Positions 50,018-63,406 of a stretch of DNA of 64,000 nucleotides are shown one piece after another. A program made the translations under genes and the position numbers. A model generated the notes under the pieces. The model had not been told where the DNA came from. It saw only the letters and a program-made list of their open reading frames with translations, and made no database searches. The first letter of the stretch is position 1. Each line of letters starts with the position of its first letter. The DNA is from Eledone cirrhosa (Eukaryota): contig OZ024740.1 of NCBI GenBank assembly GCA_964016885.1, forward strand, positions 357,926,001-357,990,000. The letters run 5' to 3'.

Positions 50018-53000
50018 GAGTCTCAGTCATTGATGTTAGTTAACTGGAAAGTTTGTTGAAATGAATATCAAGCCACTACCTGCAGCCTCAGATATTCAGG
50101 ACGTATCGGAGGGTTGTTGCTGTTCCCAGCAAGCATGCCTTTTGAAGCGTTCCAAAAAGCGTGAAGGGGCCAAATTTCTTTAACTATCCCTGGAAATTTT
50201 TTGAGATAGTCCCTAGTGCGCCTATGACAATCGGGATCACTTTGACTTCATGGCAGTTCCAAATCCTTTTTACCTCCCACTTTAAGTCCTGGTATCGGTT
50301 AATTTTCTCCCTCTCCTTCTCTTGCACTCTCGTGTCGAATGGGCAGGCCACATCCACAATCAGGCACGATTTTTTTTCTTTGTCCACAACCACCAGGTCA
50401 GGTCTATTGTGTTCAAGTTTCTTGTCCGTCTGTATCCTAAAATCCCACAGCACCTTCACCTGATCGTTTTCTATCACCGCCTCTGGCTTATGCTCATACC
50501 ACTTCTCAGAATGTGGTAAATTGTTTACTTTTCATAGGTGCCAGTGGATCACCCTGCCCATCACATCATGTCTCCAGCCCTTATAGTGAGTCTGGGCTAG
50601 GTGTTTACACTCGGATACAATGTGAGCCACAGTCTCCTCTCTCTCTCCACAGATCCTGCACAGTGGGCTAGCCTCCTCCTTGTAAATATGGTGTTTCAAC
50701 CACTTCGTTTTGAGGACCTGCTCCTGCGCAGCCATTAACATTCCTTCTGTAGCCTTTTTAAGGTCTCCTCTTTTCAACCAGTTCCATGTCTGTGGATCTC
50801 TAAATTCAGTTTTCTCAAAGAAGGTACTATGAAGGGATTTTTCCTGAAGGCTGCTCTTTCTCCTTGATGTTATTTCCTCCTTGGACATCCTCTGGCCTAT
50901 TGTCCCCTCCTTCAGTACAGTTCTGAGCATTGGCTCCTTACTATCAGTCACGTATTTGTGTAGGTTGTTTTTTTCCATCTGAACACAGTCCTCTATGCTG
51001 ATAAGACCTCTTCCACCTTCAGATCTCCTTAAGTAGAGTCTATCGACAACACTCCTCTTGTGGAACATGTTGTAGATAGTCAATAGCTTCCTAGTCTTCC
51101 TATCCATTTCTTTTTGTTCAGCAACATTCCATCTCAGAATTCCCGCACTGTACCTAATAATAGACACAGCTCGGGAATTTACTGCACTTATGGCATTCCT
51201 ACTGTTCAGATGTGACTTTAATACGCTCCTTACTCTCCGAATGTATTCAGTTCTTATCAATTCCTTCATTTTTTTGTTCTTGATGTCATCATCCTGCTCT
51301 CACTTTTCGCAGTACACTGGTCAGGGGCATCAGGGCAAGGACAAACAACAGAGGGGACAGACTATCACCCTGGAAGATACCTCTCTTGATCTTCACACTT
51401 CCCTAGGATTCTCCAGTTGATGTTAACTCTGTTTCCCAGGACTTCATACTTTTGCCCAACAACTGTCTGATGTTATCTGCCACCTTGAAGATCTCCAGGC
51501 TTTTGGGGATCCAAGAATGAGGCACCATGTCAAATGCCTTTTTGTAGTCTATTCATCCCATGGCAAGACCAGTGTGTCTCCTCTTGCAATTCCTCATTAC
51601 CATCTTATCAATAAGTAACTGGTCCTTTGTACCACGTGACTTCTTTCGGCATCCTTTCTGTTCGTCCGGTAACAAGTTGTTTGTGTGGAGGTGATGGTAG
51701 ATTTCCTCAGACATAATGCTTGTCAACAGTTTCCACATTACGGACAGACATGTGATAGGTCTATAGTTGGTAACATCATTACCCTTGATTCGGTCTTTCA
51801 TTATCAGAACTGTGGTACCTTTTGTCAACCACTCTGGTACCTCACCTGACATCAAGCAGTCATTGAACATGGTTGTCAGTTTCGGGTGGAGGGATGTTAT
51901 ATTTTTAATCCAATACCCCTGCACACCATCTGGGCCTGGTGATTTCCAGTTGGTTTTTTTTTTGGCCTGTGCCTTAAGAGTTTCAACTGTGATACTCAAA
52001 TCAGTTTGTTGGTGTGCCTGTTCACTAATCTCCTTCTGTACTGTCTCAATCCACACTGCCTGGTCATTATGTTTAACATCCTGCTCCCATATTCCTCTCC
52101 AGAATGTTTTAGTTTGTTCCGCCTCAGGGATCAAGTCGTTGCCTCTTTCTTTCCCTTCAAGCTGTCCAAACAGCATCTTCTGGTTGTTGTCGAACATGCG
52201 GTTCTGTCTATACTGACTGACTCTGTTCTCATATCGCCTGATTTTTGCACTCTTTGCTACAATGCGTTGCTTCAGTTCCTCTATGATAATATTTAGCTTT
52301 TTCCTCCTAGTTTTGTACTTTATTTCCAGTCTATTTTTAATGTCTATGTTTTTTAGTGTCCCATTCAGTAGGGACTCAAGCTTTCCAATGTCATTTCTCA
52401 TTTCCCTGATTTGACCACTCAGTCGTTTCTTCCACCAAGGCTCTGCTCTTTCTTGTCTGTTGTTTCCTCTCGCTTTTATACCAAGTAGTTTCCTCACCGT
52501 ATTTGCTGTTGCTTTGAGGATATTGTTGCACTGGTGAAGGCTCCTCGCCTCAAGGTATGGGATGATTTTGTTTACCTTAGCTGTTGTTTCTTTTAACTTT
52601 TTCCTGTCTACAAATCTTAGGTTCATAGGTCTCCCACTATCATTGTTCAATTCATCTACCACTAAGTTTAGGATATCAACCAAATCTTGTCCTAGCCCGT
52701 CAGCATTCATCTCCTCAGTGGTCGTATCTCTGCTCCAGGTATTATTTATCTCAGCATTCAGATCATTGTCTGCTTCGGGTGGTTCCTCCGTTCTCTCGAC
52801 CTCTTCACCTTCATTTCCCACTGGCTCGTTTGCCTGGCATACTCCACCCTCCATCTCCAAGCTAATCTCTCTGCTCAGTTCCTCCAGTTCCAGCTCGCTT
52901 ATCCACCCATTAGTTCTTATTACCCAAGCCTGCCCAGCCAATTTTTGTTCATCTAATTTAAATAGACCAATCTCGTTCCAGATGTTATCCATCCGTTTTC

Positions 53001-53310
53001 TATAGCCTTTCTCCTTGGGGTTACTCTTCAGGTAACATTGCATAACAGTTCTATTCAATTCTTTCGTCCAGTTGGTTCTGGTCCCTTTCCTTCTTCTTCC
53101 TCCGACACCAGCAGTATTTGGTTGACAGCCAGGTCCCTGTTGCTGAGCCAGGGAGCACCTGTTGGGTGAGAGTCTGTCACATGACATTCTAGTCTCCATT
53201 TCACCGTTATTCGAACTGTTTAGGTTCGACATTTAAACACTCTTATCGAGGATTGGCGAATGTATGGTTACATAACCACCGGTGATTTCATCGCCGCTGG
53301 TGGTTGTGTC
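50018..53310 (-). mobile_element. R4/Dong-like RLE retrotransposon, near full-length, inactivated
   Basis: ORF 51553-53232 (GYRKRM..IW, PWWKKRL, WKSPGPDG, NYRPITCL, EQKGC, DQLLID). Stop before IDYKKAFD; GIFQGDSLSPL, then a deletion; then CRIC..H..EC, RHD and NRPDL..D endonuclease. Confidence 0.93.
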
Positions 53311-53476
53311 ACTCCATGTGATTTTTGTGTGTCATTATCACGCTGTAGACGAACATAAATAAACAAACAAATAAACAGGCAAAAAAACCCCCCAAAAATG
53401 AATAAGCATAAGTTTCATTGTAATGTTTCATTGTAATTATTATTATTATTATTATTATTACTATTATTATTATCAC

Positions 53477-53680
53477 CGGTAGAGCATTGGATAAAATGGT
53501 TAGCCGCATAGTGTTAAGGCCATTTACATTCTGAGTTCAAATCCTGCTGAGGTTAGCTTTGCCTTTCATCCTTTAGGTCGATAAAATAAAGTACCAGTTA
53601 TGCACTGGGGTCAATTTAAGCGACTTTCCCTTTCCCAAAAAATTGTTGGCCTTGTGCCTAAATCAGAAACCATTGTTATT
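53477..53680 (+). mobile_element. SINE family A
   Basis: gagttcaaatcc...gcctttcatcctttaggtcgataaaataaagtaccag. Confidence 0.85.
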
Positions 53681-53964
53681 TATATTATTATTATTTCCTT
53701 GTATATCTGTATATTCACATACATCCCACTGGGTCTGAATCAGGGGCCTGGGATAGCTGTTGGTTTGTTATGGTACATTCTTTCTCAGCACCATAGATGG
53801 TATTTTGTTGAGAGTTTGAGAAAGCAAGTTACACACACAGAGACAAGCATATACAGAGAATATTCATAGATTCAAAAAGCCTATATACAAATTTTACAAA
53901 TACATAGAGTCAGTAAAACCAATTAGAGTGTTTACAGGTAATATATTTCTTTTATAAATGTCTA

Positions 53965-54332
53965 TCTATCTAAGGCGGGTAAAATTCCTGAGATCCAGGG
54001 ACGAATTCTCTCCAGCGGTCTCTGTCCCTCATTATCGCTGCCATGTCCTGTGTCTCCAGCAGACCAGTGTCTGTCCTTAGGGCATCAACATACGTTAACC
54101 TTGGTCTTCCTCTTCTAGTGTGTCCATGTAGGGGCTCCCACAGGAGCACTGAGTGCAATGTCAACTCTGTGTCACTTTTGAGCTGACTTTTGGGATGCTC
54201 CCATACAGCTCGGAGTCTTTCATCCTCAGTCTATACTGATTAATGTTCAGAGCCATCCTCAGCATTTTCGTGTAGCACCCATCCACCATCTGAGTGAGTT
54301 TCTTGGTCAGTGTCCAAGTCTCAGACCCGTTA
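53965..54332 (-). mobile_element. RTE-like LINE 3' fragment (different family)
   Basis: YNGSETWTLTK...DGCYTKMLRMALN and LLWEPLHG..RRGRPRLTYVD; (ATAG)n tail. Confidence 0.8.
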
Positions 54333-54642
54333 TAAATGTATACATGAATGTGCATACATTTATAAATGTATGCACATTCAAAACCAGGATTGAACACAAA
54401 ATCATATAATGGATAAAGTTCAACCTTTGGTTCATGGATGTGTCACATTGACAATGCTTTTTACAAAGTTACATTAACAATGCTCTTTGCAAAATGTAGG
54501 CAGCACTAGTGAGTATGATTTTCTGAATTTCTTTTATAAAAGATTTACCTGGTTTATGATTCAAGAATTTGCCAGTTCTCTTGTTTATTCGACCCAGTAC
54601 TCCAACTTTAACAGGAATGGCTTTTATACCTCACATTTTTAA

Positions 54643-54863
54643 CCCTTTAGCATTCACACTACTCTCTATATACTATTGTATTTTTGTAGTAAACACTTTA
54701 TCTTATATAATTATCTCACATAATATCGAGTCTATGAGATTTTGATGTTATTTATTTTGAGAACAATATCTCAACGTCAGTATGAGTGGCCAGTTACTGC
54801 CAGTTTTAACAGAAAGAGGTGAGATATTTCTGGCCGGATACGGCTGGTTTGAATGCTAAAGGG
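54643..54863. mobile_element. piggyBac-type MITE, complete (221 bp)
   Basis: TTAA|CCCTTTAGCATTCA...TGAATGCTAAAGGG|TTAA, perfect 14-bp TIRs. Confidence 0.9.
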
Positions 54864-55295
54864 TTAAAATCCCTATTTCAAGTTTCTTATACTTTGAAAT
54901 GTTTTCAAAGTGTTCTATAAAATATTTTTATCACCCATGGTTAACCACTACTCTCACCAGCAGCAGCATCATCATCACCACCATCTTCCTCATACCCCCA
55001 GAATTACATGATGATGATGATAACAATGATGATTGCAGCAAGAATGACAACAACAACCATGATGATGATCACGACCATCAACATCACAACAGCAACAACA
55101 ACAACATTACAGTTGAAACAAACACGATAAGTTATGAAGACATGGAGCTAATTTTAATTCGCAGACAACACCTACATACATATCTGATTGGTACTAATAT
55201 AATTTCTTAATAAGATAAGATTAGTCAAAAGACATGCCTTCATATATTAAATGTAAAAATCATATATATGCAGATAAACAGGAAATAACTCAATA

Positions 55296-55454
55296 TGAAC
55301 CAGGGTGGGGACAAGAATTGTGCCTGTTATACCTGTCTTTCAATATTAATCAGGATCTAATGACTCAAGTATATATATATATATAGTCATTAGAGCCTGG
55401 TTAATATTGAAAGACAGGTCTAACAGGCACAATTCTTGTCCCCACCTTGGCTCA
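55296..55454. repeat. ~70-bp inverted repeat around a (TA)n centre
   Basis: Arms 55296-55365 and 55385-55454 are reverse complements with a few mismatches. Confidence 0.85.
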
Positions 55455-55757
55455 CACACACACACAAATATATATATATATCATCATGGTTATGATCACA
55501 AACATTATCATTACCATCATCCTTTGTTGTTGTCATCACTGTCATCATTGTTGCTGTCACCATTGTCGCTTACATCATCATCATCACCATTTTATACCCA
55601 TTTTCCATGTTGGCATGGGTTAGATGGCTTGCCCTGGTACAAGACTAGATAAGGTTAGCACGACCACATTACGCTCATATGTTCCACCTTTGGCATGATT
55701 TTTATAGCTGGATGGCTTTGCTAGTGTCTTAAAGTTAACTTATTAAAGATTAATGCC

Positions 55758-56815
55758 CTAATTTGTAGAAAGAAAAGCAGGGTTCAGATTCCCGTAGGGA
55801 AATGGCCTTGCCCAGTGAGCAAGAAATTCCATCCTATGTCCCAAATGCAAACTATGGGTGCACAAGAGATGTAGTGGTGTCTCACGTAGGCTAGCAAAGA
55901 ACGTAGGTTTTATTTGTGGCTGATGCACAGGTGCAGTATGTAGCAACAGCTCACAGGATACTAGCTCCTTCAAATGCCCAGAAGGTTCTGTAGAGGTAGT
56001 GGATAATTTCTGTTACCTAGGTGACCAAATTAGCAGTGGAGGAGGGTGTTTCGAAAGCAGGGTAGTACAGAGTGAGAATGGGATGGAGAAAGTTCAGGGC
56101 GCTACGACTGCTGCTAATTACAAAAAATTAATTTCCCCAAAATAAAGGGCAGATTGTATGACGCATACATACGAACAGCAATGTTGCATGGTAGTGAGAC
56201 CTGGGCACTGTGTGCAGAAAACCTGTGAAGATTGGATGTGTAATAGTAATATCAATGATGAAGCATAAATAAACTGAGAGTGAAACTGTATATAAGAGGG
56301 ATACAGTGTGCAGGAGAGGAGATTCCATTGGTAAGGACATGTGATGTGTATGAAGGATGAAAGCTGTATAAAAAGGTGCAGAACACTCAAAGTTGCTGGA
56401 ATGAGGAGATAAAAGCTGACCTCACACAATTGCACCTCTCAAAGATGAATACACTGGACTGACATCTCTGGCATAATGCAGTAATTCAGAAGGCTTGCCT
56501 TTCCATGTGCATGGGTTGAAGCATACATCTATATGCCCTACCTCCACCTCTATCCCCTTACCATACACCTCCCATGTCCTAACACTCTACTCCTCACCCA
56601 CGTCTTTAGACTTACCTTCCCAATCCCCACACACCTCCCCCACCAAGTCCCAATTCCACACTGTAAAGTGGTTGTTTCGCTGCCAGGATAAAAAGTGCCT
56701 AGTCCACACTGTAAAGTGGTCAAGTAGTTGTCATGATAAAAATCACCCAGTACACACTGTAAATGAGGTTGGTGTTAGGAAGGGCATTCAGCTGTAGAAA
56801 CCAAGCCAAAATCAA
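55758..56815 (+). mobile_element. Degraded RTE LINE (family of 10372)
   Basis: RNSILCPKCKLWVHKRCSG, FCYLGD and LHGSETWAL remnants plus the 3'UTR motif. Confidence 0.85.
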
Positions 56816-58266
56816 TAAGTAATAGTTAGAATGTATATGCAAGACAACCATTCTCAGAGTGCTAATAAAATGTATATTTGTAATGGAGTGATTGCATGTA
56901 GTTATGTACCAGACCAATGGGTTTCTGTAAGTGCAGTCAGCACTAACAGATGCAGCTCACAATCTACCAGTTAGATTAAGTGCAACTATGCATGCCAAAA
57001 TACTGCAATGTTTCATTAGCATGTTACTTAATAGCAAGAGACTCAAGGTAGCCTGTCCAGAATATAACAGACCTATAACGGCTCCTCAGAATATAACAGA
57101 CCTCTGCTCAAAAGCATCTCAGTCATGACTACCTCATTTTCTTTTCAATCATAGTATATTTATGAGTACGATATCCAATGTGCCTTATATTTTATAATAG
57201 AATAGGGCTGGGATTTGAGTGAGATATCTGCCGCTATTTTTAGCAGTTCAAACAGCCACATAGGTCAATCCATTCTTTAATCAGCTCATTGAGGTAAGTG
57301 TTTACAGGTTTGGTATGGTCTAGTGTCATAGTAAGTAGGATAAGAGGAGATTTGTATTGAAGTGGTACACATTTAGCAATTTCATAGGAGGTAATCTTTT
57401 TGATAAAGGTTCTTTGAAAGGTCAGAAGTGAGGACAATGTATGTCAGTGAGCTTGAGACTGAAACATTTTTGTAGAGGAAAGCTAGCTTATCAGTTACAT
57501 AAATGTTTTTGTTGTTGTTCATAATATTTGTTTTGTGTATACAAGTTTGTGTGTGTGTATTGCGTTCTATGTGTGTGTACATGCCATGTGTTGTGTGAGT
57601 GTATGATTAGAAATTACACTGCCTGCCTGATATGTAAGCTGCAATTCTAGTTAGAATGATTGACACCTGTAATGTCAGCTATTTGTTTCAAACAGCCATG
57701 GCATAATGACATCATGACATCACACCTCCCTTACCCATCTCTTTTACTCTTAACAAATTTCATTAAACTGTATGTTGTATTTACTTTTGAGTGGCTCCAG
57801 ACAGCTTTGTTTGAGTAAACATGTTGTTATATAGAGGCAGTAGTCAATAAAATATTCAAGAATATTCTATGGGTTTAGAGTCTTAGAATCTCAGTTAAGG
57901 ACAGACCCTTCACTAAAATGGAGCAGTGTGGAGGCACTGGATGACACTGCTTTTGAAAAGAACTTTCTCGGCACAAACCCAGGATTAGTCATGACCAAAG
58001 GAGCTTGGGGTCCTTCTAAATATTCAAGAGTTTTACATATATGTTTGATGCATTGAATTTCATTAACATCAGTGCTAAGCTATATGAAAGGCATCAATCT
58101 AAAACATTACTTCTCCATTATTATTACTATGTTAACTATTATTAATGATTTCCACAGCAAATAAGATGACTCTGGATCTTTCACAGTATCACCAAGAACC
58201 TTAGACAGAAAGCTCTTTTCTGAGTGTGTGTGTAGAGCTCAACAAAGCAGTTTTTTAAATTTAATT

Positions 58267-58329
<63 letters not shown>

Positions 58330-58339
58330 AACCATCACC

Positions 58340-59890
58340 ACTGTATTAATTTATAAGCCCTAGTGTTTAGGTTATGTATCTGTCAGTGTGTATGTTTTTT
58401 ATCACTTCCAGAGTACCTATTATTATAAGTATTGTTTCTGTTTCCATCATCACGGTCAGATTATTTCTATCTCTAGATCTTTATATTTGGATAATTTCTC
58501 CATTTTCTTGGTCATCTGTGAAGACTGATACAACAATTAAAAGCCATTTTGTTTTGTGGTCTTTGACTATAATATCCAGTCAGTTAGCTTTGATCTCCCT
58601 GTCTGTGTATCAGACCTGCCAACCTCTAAAAACCCAAATGGGAATTACCATGAGAAAAAGTGCCCCACAATGGGGAGATTTTACACAATGAAAGCTATAC
58701 CCATTTTCACAAAAACAGGGAAATGGGGGGGGGGGGGGGAATGAGCCAAAATGGAGAGATCTACCTATCGGATGGGGAGAGTTGACAGGCCTGGTGTATA
58801 TTGGCATATTTCAGAGTATGGTTACTTTGTCATTCTCTGACATATTCTCATGTGTGTCTGTACCATCTTTTTACTGTTGGTATTTTGTAGTGTTGGCAAA
58901 ACTTTCACTCTGTGTAAATCCCAACTTTATCATGTCTGTGGATATATTCCTTTTTGGTGAAGACTGGGTAGCCAGAGATAATGTGGTTAATTGTTTCTTT
59001 CTCACCTTCACATATTCTGCAGATACTGTGTTCTGCTTCATTATGTACTTCTTGTGGTTTCTGGTGGGGAGGCTTTGATTTTGTTCTGCAATTATAAATC
59101 CTTCAGTCTCGGCTTTTAGTCCAGTGTTTTGTTAACTTTTTTGATCTAGCATGGCAGTCTGGAGGTTTGTTGTCAATTTAGATTTTATGTTTTTCACAAT
59201 TTCTGTGGTTTCTTTTTTGTTTTAATTTTTTCTCACAATTATCTGTCAATCCAGTTCCTGTTTTTTATTTGTTGGCTTTTGAAGTCAGAAAACAATTGTT
59301 TGTTTTGATCATGTTTTGTGGCTATTTGTATTAACGTTATTTTGCTTTTCTTTTTTTCCTTCAGTAGTTATTTTATGATTGTTTTCTAGTTACATAAGAC
59401 TCCTTCCTCCTTTGTTCATGATAGATATAATCTTTCTACATCTGATTTTGGATGGTGTATTCTAAATGCAATCATGATTAAAAGCATAGCTTATTACTTG
59501 GATTGCTAGAGTATTGATACCAATTACTTTATTCTTTGCATTTAGTTCTGTTTTAAGTAGGAATCTAATCTGTCTATAGAATTCCTTTCTAATCTTTCCT
59601 TACATCTGTAGGTGTTGAACTCTATCTAATTCGTTGATTTTTAAATATTTGTATGTCTGTGTTTGATCTAACTCTCTTATCTCAATTTCTTTATCTAGCA
59701 TGATATTAGTGTTTTTCACTAGTTTTCTCTCTTCAGAGTTGCCTTGGTGCATTTTTCTAGTCTAAATTTCATGCCTATTTCTTTTGTTAATCCATGTACT
59801 GTTTGTAGCAGTGTTTTGAGTTGTATGTATTTCCTCTTAAGCATACAGTTTTAAATCACCTATATACAATAAATGGTTAATTTCCTTGTA
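58340..59890 (-). mobile_element. Highly decayed R4/Dong-like LINE
   Basis: Minus-strand remnants INHLLYIGDLKLYA, FRLEKC, HHPKSDVERLY and IIIGTL. Ends next to (TAC)n at 58268-58330. Confidence 0.7.
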
Positions 59891-60117
59891 GCATGTATTC
59901 TCCTGTCCTGTTAATCATACTCCCTATCTTCAAGGCCACAATACAACCCCAAACTTGCTCTCTCTCTCTCTCCTTCCAACATGAGGTGCCATTATCACTT
60001 TTGCCATGCTCTCATCTCTTTGTCCCACTTGAATCACTGCCACTTTTATTATTCTCTCATCTTCCCATTACTCTCATCACTGCTTCATTCAGCCCAGTTA
60101 GGGACACAATGATCACT

Positions 60118-60530
60118 TTAGTGTTGGTGTTACAATATATGCATGCAGTACACTCTGTAAGTGGTAGTGCTAGTGCTATGTTAAAATTCACCCAGTAAAT
60201 TTTGTAAAGGGGTAATGTTGATGCCACAATAAAATTCACCTAGCTCACTTTGTAAAGTGGTAGTGCTGATACTGCTTTAAAATTCATCCAGTCCACTCTG
60301 TAAAGTGGTAGTGCTGGTGTCCTGATAACATTCCAGGTGTACATGCTATAAAGTTGTTGGCATTATGAAAGGCATCCATCCACAGAAACCATGCCAAAAT
60401 GGAATGTATGAGCAGGATGTAGACATTTGACCTGTCTAGTCTCAGAACATAATGACCCATCTAACTCATGTCAGCATGGAAAACAGACACAAAATGATAA
60501 TAATAATGAGGCTGCTTCTGATGATGATGA
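60118..60530 (+). repeat. Diverged ~45-48-bp tandem array followed by an RTE-type tail
   Basis: Repeating aaattcacccagt..actctgtaaagtggtagtgct, then ttggcattatgaaaggcatcc...gcatggaaaa..(ATA)n. Confidence 0.7.
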
Positions 60531-60851
60531 TTAAACCCATAGTTTAAAAAGTTTGAAAAAGAAAAAAAAAAGATAAAATTATATTTGTTTTTAAATACAA
60601 ATGGACTTACAAAGAGCCCTACCCCTTGCACACAGATACATACATTTGCAAACATAAATATCCCACGAATGAAATATAAATTCATATAACCTTTTATGAA
60701 ATTCTTTACATTAAGTTTATATTTCCCATATACTTTTTTGGAAACATTTTATAGATTTGATTCATCTAATGTTTGTTATATTCAAATAGTAGACTATTGT
60801 TAAAGGTTAAGCAATAAATGGTATTTTTATTATTCTGGCTTTATATGTTAA

Positions 60852-61484
60852 CTAGGTAAAGCCCGGCGTTGTTCGGGTCAGTAAGTTACCAAAGTTAGGT
60901 TGCACCACCCATTTTATGGCAGCACTTTTTTGTCTGCCAGGCACTGGGTGAATGAGTTGCAGACCTGGACTGCCGAAGCAGGAGCTGTGCCAGCAGTGAT
61001 AATTGTAGTTTCGCCTATTGATATTATCTCTGTGCAAAGAAGTGTTGACATTTATTGTTTCACTGTACTTGCGCAACACGTGCATAGACGATGCCAGCCG
61101 AACAACAGAGCTGCGATGGAGTTGTTCTGCACGGTTGTCTAATGTGTGTTTTCTAAATTTAAGACGGTAGGAAGGGGTGTGATATGGGGGAGAGTTAGCT
61201 GCAGTTTCTAGCAGGTTTAGTGACCTCATAGAGGATATTATTGTGTATAGTAAATAAACTGTTACTTCTTTCTTCCACGTTCGTTGAGAGATGTTTTAAA
61301 AAAGATTTATCGCTATTTTTGTTGTTGTTGAATAAATTTATCTGTTGCTTTTGAATAATTGTTGTCATTGAAGTAAATAAATGTTTGACCATTCCACACT
61401 CAAAAACAAACGTTCTCGCTCTCTCTCTCTCTCTATTCTCTCTCTCACTCTCTCTCTCTCACTCTCTTCTCCCCCCCTCTCTCC

Positions 61485-61528
<44 letters not shown>

Positions 61529-61531
61529 CAC

Positions 61532-61565
<34 letters not shown>

Positions 61566-61901
61566 CCTCCTTCATTTCTTTCTCTCTTCTTTCTTCCGAG
61601 TTCCTAAAGGAAGTTTGTAAGGAGTGGTTTAAGCGAATATAAGAGAAAGTTGCAGCATGTATGTAGTTTTATCGAATTTTAAGGGGAGTAGAGAGAGGAA
61701 ATCAAATTGTATTATGTATTTAGTTTTATCGATTATTTCCGTAATTGTGGGTGAGTTGAAAAAGATAAATAGTCGTTGACCTAAGTTTGACCATTTACAA
61801 CATTCATACAGAGTCGAATCGGTTTGAAATTGTGCAAATGTATAAACATGGAACATGCAGACACACACACACACACAAAACAACAATCTGCCTTTTATAG
61901 A
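60852..61901 (-). mobile_element. Non-autonomous Helitron, complete (1,050 bp)
   Basis: Minus strand begins A|TCTATAAAAGGCAG...(GT)n and ends CCCGaacaacgcCGGGctttacCTAG|T: 5' TC, subterminal hairpin, 3' CTAG, insertion between A and T, no TSD. Confidence 0.8.
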
Positions 61902-62679
61902 TAATGATAATACAGGTAAATTACAGTAAAATAACTATGATATATATTGTTGTTAGTTACAAGATATTTTATCTGAGCCAAAAATGTGAAGAAAAGTGTT
62001 TTGCTTTGTTTAGTAGAAAGGAAAGTTTATGTTAGATGCAGCTAAGCATGTGAAGTGTCAATGACATTTCTATTCCTGATTTCTTTAGAACATTAAAATA
62101 CAGTTATAGAATCTCCCCAGCATCAGTTTCTTGTTTTGAAGACATATGACCAAAAACATTGCAGATGTGCCCAGTCCATCCTTTTTTCTTTTTCCTAGGA
62201 ATAGTGTATCCTGGACTATATTATCCAACGCGTTCTTCCCTTTTTTTAAAGACAGTATGGTGTAATTTAAGGAAGATATTGCTATTACTTCCCACATGTT
62301 GAACAACCACATAGAGGCTCTCTTGTTGGCTCAACATTAATATATTTTACAATTTACTCAGATAGTTATCATTAACATTGCAGTGGGGGTAATTGAATAC
62401 TTAAATTTCTTATTTTATTGATTGAATATATTCAATATAGGTATACTAAATTACAATATCTACCCATCACCTAATTTGAAGTGAGTTAGAATTTTTCATA
62501 TGAGTATGGATAATACTCATGGGTGTGAATATTATTATTTTAGTCTAATACTCATAGATTCTTAGCTTGGCCTTACACTTTCTAAAGCTTGCCCCAATCT
62601 AATCAGAGGGAGCCTTTATAAATGTGTTCTCAAAATGCTCATTTTAGTATTCAATCATTTCTTAACGATGGGGGTAAAA

Positions 62680-62857
62680 TTGGCAATGGGGGGGGGGGGC
62701 AGTATCAGTAGAGTGTCAGGCACCATGTTTTGTGTTCTGAGTTCAAATCCCCCTGAGGTTAACTTTGCCTTTCATCCTTATGAGGTCGATAAAATAAAGC
62801 ACCAGTTATGCACTTGGGTAATTGCTGGCCTTGTGCCAAAAGTAGAAACAATTATTT
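62680..62857 (+). mobile_element. SINE family A
   Basis: gagttcaaatcc...gcctttcatccttatgaggtcgataaaataaag...agtagaaacaattatt. Confidence 0.85.
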
Positions 62858-63406
62858 AACAAATTGCATACAGTTTTTTAAATGAAGAATACATGCTTAA
62901 AACCTAAATTCTTATGACTGTATATTAAACCATACAGAATGGATGGCCATAATTACACAGTTTTACACTACCATATAGCCTGCAGGTCCCCATAGCAGTG
63001 ATCACTCTGTTAAAAGCCTGTGGATCGAGTCTTTGGTTTGAGAATAACTTTATTTCTTCACATACTGCTTCCAACTGAGCAAATCATTTTTTCATCTCCA
63101 ACCACCACATGTCTTGGAAAGCCTTATCCTTCCTTCTAAGTTTTAGAAATAATCTGTTTTATTTAATTTACTACTTAAATACCATAGCTGATTGTGTCTT
63201 CTCCAAAACTCTATTGATATCTAAAAGCAATGGTATGTAGGATTTGTATCCACACATTTGAGAAGCATACAAATAAATATTTCAATATCTTAGTCATCTG
63301 TAATAGCCTTAATAGGCCAAAATATAAACCTTCAAAATCAATAAGATAAAAAGGCAAATATATATATATTTTTTTATCTTATGCACTACTGTGATAAATT
63401 GTTTAC

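Noticed and set aside
47377-50059. Poly-L, poly-T/A, poly-HT, poly-R, poly-C/S and poly-F ORFs
   Set aside because: Translations of microsatellites and low-complexity DNA.
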